Position numbers and translations under genes: made by a program. A stretch of 63,708 nt of DNA, filler included, from Lenisia limosa (taxonomy: Eukaryota; Protista; Breviatea): the NCBI GenBank assembly GCA_001655205.1. It is 13 parts of 13 records of this genome, joined end to end, with 100 filler letters (N's around TTAATTAATTAA, not from the genome) between each part and the next. Parts side by side here need not be neighbours in the genome. Positions count along the whole stretch, not along the records: positions 47,006 to 51,126 come from LPNZ01007847.1; positions 51,227 to 56,914 come from LPNZ01000015.1; positions 57,015 to 58,958 come from LPNZ01002129.1; positions 59,059 to 63,708 come from LPNZ01009997.1; 9 more parts are not named here. One strand, given 5' to 3'. Below the pieces are notes generated by a model. It did no database searches. It was not told the origin of the DNA and worked only from the letters and a program-made list of their open reading frames with translations. The stretch's first letter is position 1. Each line of letters opens with the position of its first letter. Positions 50,764 through 62,031 of the stretch are shown here, one piece after another.

Positions 50764-51227
50764 ACTATACATATATAGCTATATATACACTTAATCTAGG
50801 GAATACTAAACAAATTAAATGATTCTGCCCCACGATCCATGATGATAGTACTGGTGTTTATGACCAAAATCAAGAGTTGGCCGAAGAGACTGTTTTTAAG
50901 ATCAACTCCACTACGGTTATTTGGGAATCCTTCAATCAAATTTCATGGATGTAAAATTCCCAAGTTTATCAAGAAATCAAGTCGATGCGCCGTAGTATAG
51001 TTCAATACTTTTACACAAGGTGCAGCTAGGAGGCGAATATCATATTCTAGCGAACTTTTGTTTTTTTCTGGGTATGGGTACTATTCGAAAAATTTGTCGG
51101 TTATTTACATGACATCAGCAATTACANNNNNNNNNNNNNNNNNNNNNNNNNNNNNNNNNNNNNNNNNNNNTTAATTAATTAANNNNNNNNNNNNNNNNNN
51201 NNNNNNNNNNNNNNNNNNNNNNNNNNA

Positions 51228-54200
51228 GATACAGTACATGCATCTGTATGTGTCCAACATAACTATCAACCAACCTTCGGTTCTTGCCCGGGCACCACGG
51301 AGTTCAGACTATGAAGAACTGAAATCCAGGCGCGCGCGTTAGATGCAATGAAGTGCGCCTGGGTCAAGGCAGCCCTGGCAACTCTACTGATAGACTCCGG
51401 AACGGGAACTTTGGTATTGCAGAGGTAAAGCCCAGGCTGGGCCTGCCATTTGGCTGATAACTGAAGAAACGATTAGATTTTTGGATTTTGTGATAAAAAC
51501 GAAACCCAATCAAGTACTGTAAACAAAAAAGTATAACACAATACCATAATCAATTTTCCAGAATAATATTCAAAATAAAACTTGGAACTAAGTTTTCAGA
51601 GAGAGCATTCTTCTGACTGTCCAACAATGAAGATATTCATGTTTTATAGGTATCAAAGTTAGGGACGCCCTAGTAATACTATACTCTGACGTTATACGTA
51701 AAAGTCTTGACCATTTAACTAATGGGAAATCTGATAAAATCGGTCAAGACTTACCAAGGGCACTATATAGTACATAGAAAGGAGAAATAAAAACAAGGTT
51801 GTATCTGGCCGAAGCCGTCAACACCATCACGCTTGATATATTGGATAATAATTTAATGTTAATTCACCCAATCATTTGCTTTACCACTCATCAAACACAC
51901 CTGGGGGGACAGAACCTGGGTAGCACTACTCAGTGCCAGAGACGCCAGAACCAGGTGACTTGCAAACTCCATTGATCTGAGGGTTTAAGAATAAAGTCTA
52001 CAACGGGGTTGGCAAATATGCAATTGACTCCATAAAAGCTATAAGAGTATAATAATGTATAGCAGAAGAAGGGCTTCCCTTCGGTTTGAAAAAGACTGGT
52101 AATTGATCGATAGTTTTCGAGGATTTATCTAGAAATTCAGTCTTTTTTTAAAAACCGAAATGAAGGCCTCAGCAGAAGGCATACCTCTTCGTGGCTTCAA
52201 GCTGCTTGACAACGACAGCCCTAAATCCAGGCAGACAGAAGGGGTCAATGATTCGTTGGGAAGAAGGGAAGCTATCTGACTCGCGACTCGCCTCCTCAAC
52301 TTCATCGCATGCTCTATTGGCCAGCTGAACCAATAATAAAATGGGGGCTGCAGCACTGACAGCGTCTTTGTCAACATGTCCGAGCTCCCCACAAGCTGTG
52401 AGAATATCCACCCAGACTTGATGATTTTCAGGAACGTCAAGGTACCCGGGGGTCCACCCTTGTATATCGGACCACCACGATGAATCATCAGAGTTGACCG
52501 TTTCCGGATGATGGTCTGGCATTTCCTCGGATTCAAGCGGTGTTTCCTTCCTCAAAAGACTCAGAACCCGACCGGCATGGGTGATTAGTGCTTTTAATTC
52601 GTCAGAGTAAATCACGGGATCACTTTTCTCTTCAGGTTCTGGTTCCGATTCGGGCTCTTCTTGGAGAGACGCCACCGAATGCGCTGAACTGAGCGTCGAT
52701 GCGCTGTCTGAATGAATTTGCGCAGGCTGATCAGGGACTGGAGAGAGACGAGTGGGTTCTGATGTTTCATGCTCTTGCGAAATGGCTTCATTTTCTGCCG
52801 TTTCCTCATCTTTTCGTTCGATTTGAGTTTCTTCATCCTTTTCTTCATTCTTGACAAGGCTTTCTTGCCCTTCTTCTGTCACATGTTCTTCATCACTATG
52901 GCCAACGCTCCCATTCACATCATCTTGTTGAGTTATTTTTTCATCCATAGGTTCTGCACCCGTTTGCTCACTGGTTGCCTCACCAGCATCACTTTGCTTG
53001 TCTTCGGCAGTAGTATAATACGGATCACTACCAGCCGTCTCCGTCCCTATCCCGTTATTCAAATCAGAGGTGCCAGTGCAATGAGCTTCTTTTTGGTCCT
53101 GCTCAGATATAGTTGACCTTGAGGCTTCATCAGACTGTTGCACAGTCATAGCCGAAGACGTTTGTGCAGCACTTGATTCGCGACTTTCTTCAACAGGAAC
53201 AATTCCATCAGAATCTTGCTCGTTATCTCTTTCTTCTTTTCGACTTTGGTTATCTTCTTTTTCAATTCCTTCAACGGGCTCGGGATGTTCTTGTACTTCT
53301 TCTGTATGCAGTTCGTGCTCTTGCTTCTTTTCTTCATCTTGTGAAATAACAACCGCTTCCTGCTGATCTATGTCCTCAGCAGGCTTGTCTGAAGACTCAG
53401 TTTCGTCACCTTTGTCATGAGTGGTTTCTTCGACATGCTTGTTTTCTTCCTCCATGATTTCATTTGTTTCTTCCACCACCACTTTCTTCTTTTGCTCAAC
53501 ATCTTCATCTCCATCTCCATCTTCTTTCCTCTCCTCAACATTAGCAGATGAGCTGTCTTTATTCATAACTTCTTCACTTCCTCCAGTTTCAGCCTTGCCT
53601 TCTGTTCCTCCATTTCTGTCATCATCCACTCCATCATGCACCTTCTCCACTTCGGTCTTATCCTCCTCCTTTGGCTCGATCTTTTCCAAAGCGCTCTTCA
53701 ACCCCCCCTCAAACTTTGGGATTTCCTTGGCTAGAAGTCCGGGAACCACATTGGCCATTGGGGTGGAGAAAATGGCTGCGGAAAGCACGTGCCAGTTTAG
53801 GGTTTCTTCGGAGAGGGCGGCCATGTTCCTGCTGGGGTCTGATGCTGATAACTGATTTAGCGCCGACGGAATGTTGAACATTTCAATCTGAGCCTGCGGG
53901 GCGGCAGAAAGAGCCCATTCCTCAAGGCCGATTGCCATGCTGGAAACCACGCGATCAGCCTCCGAGGTGGCTTCGGGGTACCCGTTCTCAGTTTGGGGGC
54001 ACACAAAGTCATTCACAAAAACCAGAAGCTTAGTGGCCTTGTTACAGGAGTCGAAAACCACAACCGGGATCGCCGATCTGAATTTCGACGATGTCAGGGA
54101 GTTAAGCGTTTGGATGGAGAGGAGAATGAGGCATGGGTTGCGGGGCGCTCCGTCAAGATGGTGAAGAGTCTCAGAGAAAATCATTTTGGAGCATAGGTCT

Positions 54201-56600
54201 ACCAGCAGCGTGCCGTCCACGCTCAATTGGCGTATGAGGGAAATGGAGCCGAGGACCGCTGACAAATGAATAAGGGTCTCAACCCACGTGCGCGCCAATC
54301 CAGGCCGGCTTAGAGTTGCCATTATAAAGATCGAGACCGGGGGGCATCCCGGGGCGACCAAGGCTTCAAGAAGGGGCGAACCTACAATAGTCAATCTTAA
54401 AACTGAAATAAAACTAAAATATCAGCGATTTGAATAAAGTCAAACTCATGCATTAGAAGTTTAAAGCGACATGGAAGTCTTTGGTTTTTTTTTAAAAAAA
54501 ATGCTTCAAAAAAAGACGATGAAATGATAGAGTCAGTAGCTACACAGTTCCGCAATGCGAGGTTTGAAAAGAAATCACTTTTCATTTAACATTCTGTTTT
54601 CTCTTTTATACTGACATCTCTTTAGCATAGATAGAGTTATGATACTGATCAGAAGATCGATGAATGCCTCCACAGCATACTGACTTTTATAGTAAGATGT
54701 GTATGATGAAGGTGGGTTAGAAAATAACCTCCGTGCCAGCTTGCTATTGAGAATTCACAAGATTAGAAGTAACAGAGGGCGACTGATTTTGCACAATAAT
54801 AGTACTTAGAGGGCATGCGTGAAGCATTTTTGTGCAACAGAACTTGATTACTTTTTCAGAATGATTGAAGTTTGAAAAGCAACAGTAAATAAGTCTGTGC
54901 AAAAAAAAAAGAGTAAAACTTGTTCGTTTCAATATCCCCTATTCCTGAAACCAACACCCTAACCATTTTCATGACTCTGTGTCCTGAGATGGCTGACTAG
55001 CGCTGCCACATCATTTTCATTACCGGAGAGAGATCGGACCTAGATATCTTGTAAATCTTGGTTCAAGAATTAGACAAGGAACATTTGGACAATCCAATGA
55101 ACACAAGGGGATATCAATGAGTATATCTGTTGGATAATAATTGAGGTCATGTTCAAAGAGCAAAAATTCGCGTCATATATACAGTGTATGTACACACACA
55201 CATCTACTAGATCTGAATGTCCTACATCGAAATTTGACTCATCAAAACCCCAAAAACATCGACTTATAGGAGCATTAGCCGATGAAACCTGCTAACTTTG
55301 GCCACGGCTTGAACGGCAATCTGCGTTTCTATCTTCTCAATTGTCGGAAGATAAGACAGGGCCGACGCATTTGACAGACATTTTACGCTTCCGACAGCGG
55401 TCAAACAGAAAAGATGCGCGGCGGCGAGGTTGGGTTTGTCCGCTTCGGGATCGGTCAGTACCTGGTTGGGGTAATAATAATAGTGTAAAAAATACCATGG
55501 CTACTGTAGTAAAGTAAAAAGATAAGAATTTATGAAACCTCTCTGAATACACGGTTCCAAATGATCTCCTACTGAGCAAATTTTATCTCTTTCAAAAGTA
55601 GTTCGTACCCCTTATCAAGAGCTTCACTTCGTACCCCTTATCAAGAGCTTCACTTCGTACCCCCTTATCAAGAGCTTCACTTTCAGTTCCAAAAAAGACT
55701 GAATTCTCGATAAATCCTCGACATTTTGTCAGTCTTTTGGACCGAATGTGAAGCTCTACCCTTATCAGTTGCAAAAATTCCCACCTTATAATATTCCCTA
55801 AATTTCTAATGCATATTATTGCTCCTGTTAAAAAAAACTGTTCATAAAAATATCACTGCTGTGTTTTACTTTTTAAAACTGACAAAAACAATGGTACCCT
55901 GATAAGATGAGCCCTTTATCAACTCCATCAGACTCATAGTCACATCCACTCACACTGCTTCAAATATATCTTTATCAAACTCAAAGAGTTTAATACCATC
56001 CTTCAATACCACTATTATTACTCTTATAATGCTTCATACCCACCTTTATCAACTTAGAATAAATGCTTCGTACCCACCTTAATCAAACTCGTCAGCGAGA
56101 GTAGTACAGGGCCAAGTAAGCTTCTAAACTTCTAAAATCGTTAAAAAAGATACAAAACTAGCCAGGGAACACCGTCTTTCTGACTGTGGGTAAGCCTAAA
56201 CAATTTTATATCCTTTATCTGACAAAACTGAATTCATTGAAATCCGAGACTTGTCCCAAAAAGATATGAAAATATTAGAGAAGGGAAAGAATAACAATGA
56301 ACCAATATGCAGAAAACTGAAAGGGGGCTGTGTATTTATCATATTTCGGTATCAAAGTGTGTGTCAGACCGAAGACTTCCTCACCATCACTATATAAGAG
56401 GTATTGATCCAATATAATGCTGGTGGACGTCTCGATTGTCCCAGAAAAACCGTAAATTCTCCATGATTTGTCATAAAAACAACACTTTCACGGTCTGTTT
56501 TCTTTGTAATAATGAAATGACATCCAGAATTACCTGTGGAATTTGACTGTCTGCACCCATGTCTTGACAGAGACGAAGAAAGCTGGACCTGAGATTTGTA
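51228..56600 (-). CDS. Very large multi-exon protein with a ~2.2-kb exon containing an acidic low-complexity insert; possibly dynein-heavy-chain-like
   Basis: The 741-aa ORF 52169-54394 is bounded by an acceptor (CTATTGTAG) and a donor (AG|GTATGCC) and has an E/D/S-rich middle. Flanking small exons are on the same strand. The family call is only a weak resemblance. Confidence 0.55.
52069..52170. mobile_element. MITE family A
   Basis: Perfect 8-bp TSD AGCAGAAG; sits about 14 nt inside the intron after the large exon's donor. Confidence 0.9.
55670..55758. mobile_element. MITE family A with triplicated left junction
   Basis: Perfect 8-bp TSD CCCTTATC. A ~26-bp unit (flank plus TIR start) occurs three times from ~55604. 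Confidence 0.88.
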
Positions 56601-56885
56601 AGAGGTGAAGGGAATTGAAAAATAAAGTACTTTTGAGGTTGGGGGACAGAATCAAATCTAAAAGAGTTATGAGAGGCTCCCCTATGAATTCATACTATGC
56701 ATATCCCAAATTGTCCTTATTCATTAATCTAATCCTTGTAGGTATTCTGGGGAGGCAAGCAGAAAGCTGTGTGCACAGAGTTGAAAGGCAAATGATTGGG
56801 TGAATCAAAAAAAAAAAGGGAAAACAGTAATTCAATATCTCTTATAAGTGTGATGGTGTAGACTGCTTCGGCCAGATACAACTTT
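56354..56885. mobile_element. Putative ~530-bp element with degenerate ~55-bp TIRs
   Basis: 56354-56407 and 56832-56885 are inverted copies of AAAGT..GTATCTGGCCGAAG...ACCATCAC...ATAAGAG.TATTGA; a third copy lies at ~51795-51850. Confidence 0.6.
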
Positions 56886-57952
56886 ATTTTTTCTCATCTC
56901 TCCGTATATATATANNNNNNNNNNNNNNNNNNNNNNNNNNNNNNNNNNNNNNNNNNNNTTAATTAATTAANNNNNNNNNNNNNNNNNNNNNNNNNNNNNN
57001 NNNNNNNNNNNNNNACCGCTAAAAAAAGTGATCCGCATTTTGTCCACTGATCCGCATTTTGACCCATCACATATCCTTATTGCTGCATGGAAAGGACGGT
57101 AAACGTTTTTTAAAAAACGCTTTTCAAGGTGGCTCAGTCTTTTTTGTATTTTTCAAAAAAAATGAATAAAGTACATAATTAAAGTAACCCTTCGGGAAAA
57201 TCCGCAGTTTAGTTTTCCAAATAAAACAGCTTTGGGTAGAAAATAATAAAAGTGATCCTTTTCCCGACTCAGGGGTGTTAGGGGGCATTTCTTGATGGCG
57301 TGGGAGTGTTCAGAGAGGTGTTGCAAAAATTTGTCAAGGGTGGTGTGGCATCACTTCTCGAGAATCTTCAAACAGTCCACATGGCCCCCCGCCGCAGCTG
57401 ATGTAGTGAAAAATATATGAACGTGGTATAAAAGGTTGTTTCAATGAATCAATGAAGCAGCTTAAAAATAAATGGAGACAGAGGATATTCAGGTTTTAAG
57501 AAGGACTGAACCTTGTGTCTTAAAAAGAGGTGATACAAGAGACCCCAACCCCAAAGAATTTCTAAATAACAAGGTCACAGCTTGGATCCCGAAGCACCAT
57601 CGCGCCGTCCTTGCAGCAAAACACTCAAAACTTGACAGAGTAGGCCACTGAAACCATTAAAAAACAATCCCGGCATGTCCATCCGTCTCCGATCTCCCAT
57701 TTCCCAGACTCTGCTTCAGTATTCTCCGTTCCTCTCCTCCCTCCCCGTCTGTCAAAAAGAAGTTGATTTTAATATCTTGTTTCCATGTTGTACATTGCTA
57801 TTTCCTTGTTATATTTTATTAATATTATTATATTATATATTTTTCAAGCTTCTTGTTATGGGACAACAGCTTTGTCTTGGTTAGCTTTATTAAAAGGGGT
57901 ATCACAAAAAAACAAAGGCTCGTTCGCGGTTTTAAACATCAATCTATAAATA

Positions 57953-58030
57953 CAGTGACCGGGATAAGTCATGACCGATTTGCTATGTGATTTCTCAAGG
58001 AAAATCGATCAAGACTTATCCCGGTCACTG
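57953..58030. mobile_element. MITE family B (Tc1/mariner-like)
   Basis: 78-bp element with TIR CAGTGACCGGGATAAGTC.TGA.CGATTT and TA on both flanks. Confidence 0.9.
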
Positions 58031-59057
58031 TATGTATATAAGCACCGATTTTTCAAAAAGCAAAATATTTTTTGTATGGGGTGGGGAGTATATCTTTTCA
58101 AAAAAATTGAACAAGAGGGAACAAGAAAATACAATATATATTACATGTATAATAATACATATTTTACATATTATATATATCATATGTACAAATATGATAT
58201 GATTGATATACAGTACATATATTCTATCATAAGTTCATATCTCTCATTTTTACAATCTCCAAGGTAAGCCAAATCTCTCCAGAAAGTTTAAGTGAAGTTG
58301 CCCCACATTTTTTTTCTTTAGACTCTATAGCTGATTGAATATATGTTTAAAATTGCTCACAAGGTTTTTTTTAGTTGGTGCACCCATTAAGGCCAAAGAA
58401 TTGCAAATATCGAGAAAATCCACAATAAAGGCCATTAACATTAACCCCGCTTTATACCCGATATTTTTCACACTCAAAGGTGTTTCAAAATCATAAAATT
58501 GGTTAACCACCATATCAATAACGTCAATACACTACATTACACTTCATACTACAAAAGGTTATTGACAGAAGATCACATCTGTGGGAAAAGGAGTGTATCA
58601 GGGGGAGGGGGGTAAAATTAGAAACTAAAACCCAAATCAACTCTGTTGATTTAGGGTGAAGTCACATTCTGTTACATGCTCTTCTCATGTAACGAGGGTT
58701 GAAGCCACATTCTGTTACATTGAACCGCATGTAATGGTAAAGATACAAAAATTACTGAATCAAGTCAGCGAACAACAATAAGAGTCTCATATTTACCGGT
58801 ACATTTCTTGGATACAAGACGCTTGGAGTGTGAGGCAAGCCTTGTCACGGGCGTGCCGATCTTATGGGCCATTGTGGCTCAAGTGGTTCATAGCACTGTT
58901 GTCCTGGAGTAATCAAATGTTATTTTGATGGATATATAATTATAGGTTGGTGTTGGAANNNNNNNNNNNNNNNNNNNNNNNNNNNNNNNNNNNNNNNNNN
59001 NNTTAATTAATTAANNNNNNNNNNNNNNNNNNNNNNNNNNNNNNNNNNNNNNNNNNN

Positions 59058-61119
59058 NATATACCTTAATAGCAAACAGCATCACGAGGATAACCAAGGA
59101 CTGGTGAAGGTCATTTGTTACCCTGGAAATAGCGGCTCTAAAGGGGTATTAAGTTCGACTGGGAACTTTAAAAGAACGAACAGACAAAATACTAGGGCTT
59201 CACTTTTGGTTCCAAAAAAGACTGAATCTCGATAAATCCACGATAAATCTTGATATTTTATCAGTCTTTTTGGAACCGAAATGTTGCTCAACAAAATAGG
59301 CCACACCCACCTNNNNNNNNNNNNNNNNNNNNNNNNNNNNNNNNNNNNNNNNNNNNNNNNNNNNNNNNNNAACAGTCGGTAGCTGAGGAAACTGCAGGCT
59401 GCTAGGACGGCCACGTGGATGTTCAGCATTATTTCCAGGGAACCTGGGGGGAGGGGGGGGATTTGGAACATTAATATCATAAAAAAGCCCAAAAATCAAC
59501 TCTATTGGCAGAGAAAACACGAGGGTTGAAAACAACNNNNNNNNNNNNNNNNNNNNNNNNNNNNNNNNNNNNNNNNNNNNNNNNNNNNNNNNNNNNNNNN
59601 NNNNNNNNNNNNNNNNNNNNNNNNNNNNNNNNNNNNNNNNNNNNNNNNNNNNNNNNNNNNNNNNNNNNNNNNNNNNNNNNNNNNNNNNNNNNNNNNNNNN
59701 NNNNNNNNNNNNNNNNNNNNNNNNNNNNNNNNNNNNAAAAGACCAGTGAAACTTCAATAATTTTAGAGGATTATCGAGAAAGTCAGTCTTTTTTCGAACT
59801 GAAGTGAAGCCTTATGTATCACTTTCAATTTAAATTAAGAAAAAAACAAACTCATTTTCTAATCCAACCAACACCCCGTACTGTGAGTGACAAACATGAG
59901 GAAGGCGTAGGTAAATGCGAAGCCAGCAGGGTAGTACATGGGGCCAAAATCGCACTCGTAGCTGAGAGTTGTTAATAGAGCTGCGGGGGAGGCGGTAAAA
60001 NNNNNNNNNNNNNNNNNNNNNNNNNNNNNNNNNNNNNNNNNNNNNNNNNNNNNNNNNGGACAATTTATGACACAAAAAAGCCCAAATCGGGGGGTGAACG
60101 AAGGAAATTTCGATGAAGAATATTGGCGTCAAGGTACGAATCACGAACCGAATAAACTGAAACGGTTTATATGCCCAGATGAGAGGGATAGCTCAAGAGG
60201 GGAGGGATTTAGCCATTCATAGCTCAAAGAGGGGGATTTAGCCATTCATAGCTCAGAGAGGAGGGATACTTGTTACAAATGTCATATCACATATCGTTTT
60301 ACAATAAGTTAAGGAAATACTCTTTTCCTATCCCTACTCTTATTGGCCAATAAGAGCCCTCAAATTTTCCAATTTTAACACGGCCAATTTTAACATTGTC
60401 CACCCTCACTTGCCATAGTCAAAATCCTGCTGCTGCCACAATCGCTCCCCAAACTCCTTGTAGCAGTGGAAGTCGATTTCCTGGATGAGGGGTTATAAGA
60501 GTTAAAAATATGTAAATGTTTCATTAAAAAGGTAGTATCTGATACTGCATTTTCATAAGATAAGGTAAACAAATCAAAGTTTTTCACCAGCTTTATGAAA
60601 TGAATAATAATATAACACCTTTCATTAACTTGAGAGAATTTGAAGTAGTTTTTCTTCAATAACATAATAAAAGCTTATTAATACTTCAAAATAATTTAAA
60701 AACTAAAACAAAAGCCGACCACGCCACCAACTTGGTAGAAAAGCTTAGAGTACAGCCCGCGGGCAACTTCCAAAGCCACAACTGCCACTGTATAGGATTA
60801 TAATTAAAGTGGAGGTGACTTTATTGGGGAGTGAGGGGTGAAAATTCATGAAACAAAAAAAAAAACCCAAATCAACTCAATAGCCCAGGTCAGTCGCTTC
60901 TGTGGCACCGCATCTCATCATTCCGGCGCAAATATGGTAAAGGCGACAGGAAGAGTGTGTTAACTGTACTATTCTAAACTTTTATCATATATTCAAAGAT
61001 ATAGTATATACTCTATACATAGTAATCTATCATTGTATATGATATACTATGTATATAGCTAGTACATATCATATATCACCCCCCCCCCCACGAGGCAGGG
61101 CTATATCCAGGAACTTCAT
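59058..61119 (-). CDS. ALG3-like (GT-C) Dol-P-Man mannosyltransferase, divergent; 3' end missing
   Basis: Phase-consistent exons give MKFLDIALPLAVVALEVARGLYSKLFYQEIDFHCYKEFGERLWQQQDFDYGNYECDFGPMYYPAGFAFTYAFLMF...VTNDLHQSLV. This aligns with the remembered ALG3 motifs EIDWxAYM, DYxxLxGDTGPLVYPAGF and RLFND. Confidence 0.7.
59193..59291. mobile_element. MITE family A
   Basis: TSD CAAAATAC / CAAAATAG. Further partial copies at ~59737-59814, ~61220-61289 and ~62390-62440. Confidence 0.85.
60188..60268. repeat. ~30-bp tandem repeat (about 2.5 copies) in an ALG3-like intron
   Basis: Unit approximately ATAGCTCAAGAGGGGAGGGATTTAGCCATTC. Confidence 0.75.
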
Positions 61120-62031
61120 GATTAACCTAGATTGTGAAGAGAGAAAGCCATTGTTTATCACTAAACAACCCATGTTGAGGAACATAGATATCTCTAACTC
61201 AACCCCATGTTTAAAGAATCATAAATATCGATAGTTATTGAGGAGTTATCGAAAATTTACGTCTTCCCCAGGGCTGAAGTGAAGCCCTAATCATAGCGAT
61301 TCTCGTAGGACTATTTTTATTTGACAAAATAGTAAACAATCTCATACATTTAGGTTTCTGAAATAGAGTTTTGAATAACAAAATGTCTCATTGTTGAAAA
61401 CAATTGAAAAATCTATGTAAACAATATTGCCGAATCCATGATTCAGAATGTATAATCTTGGGTTCTACCCTTATGACATAATTGATCGTTTTCATTCATT
61501 ATAAAGTCAACCTATATTCCACCCTGAATAATTTAGACATTTTATGTCTTTATTCATCACAAACTTTGCGGTTTAAAAACATTCCATTATTACATCATGA
61601 AAATACGTGCGTGTGTAATTGATAAATGAAACATTTCAAATGGCCTTATTCATAGGCGTTGAGAAGATATACAGAGTTGTTAGGCAAATGATTGGGAAAT
61701 AATAATATCCAAAATCCATAATAAACGTTATAGTGCCGACAATTGACCAGATACTCTCTATTTTATCTGTTGTCTCCACACATTGAAATTGTCGCGAAGG
61801 AAGATCGAGGAATGAACTCAGGACAGACCAAAACTCTTTTTACCCACCTTTATGAAATCAACGTAATCTGTGTTACATAAACAGGCTAATTGAAGAGCTA
61901 GAAGAGGCTTCTGTTGAAATTTCGGGCTGTTTTTATTAGCAGTCCGGACCGGGATTCCCTTTTTTCTCCTTTGGAATCCTCCTCTCTCTGGTAAACATCA
62001 TTAAACAATAGCTATATCAAAACACGCAATA

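Noticed and set aside
57240-58958. A gene in this scaffold
   Set aside because: Some exon-like stretches exist on both strands, but no consistent frame or family motif could be built.
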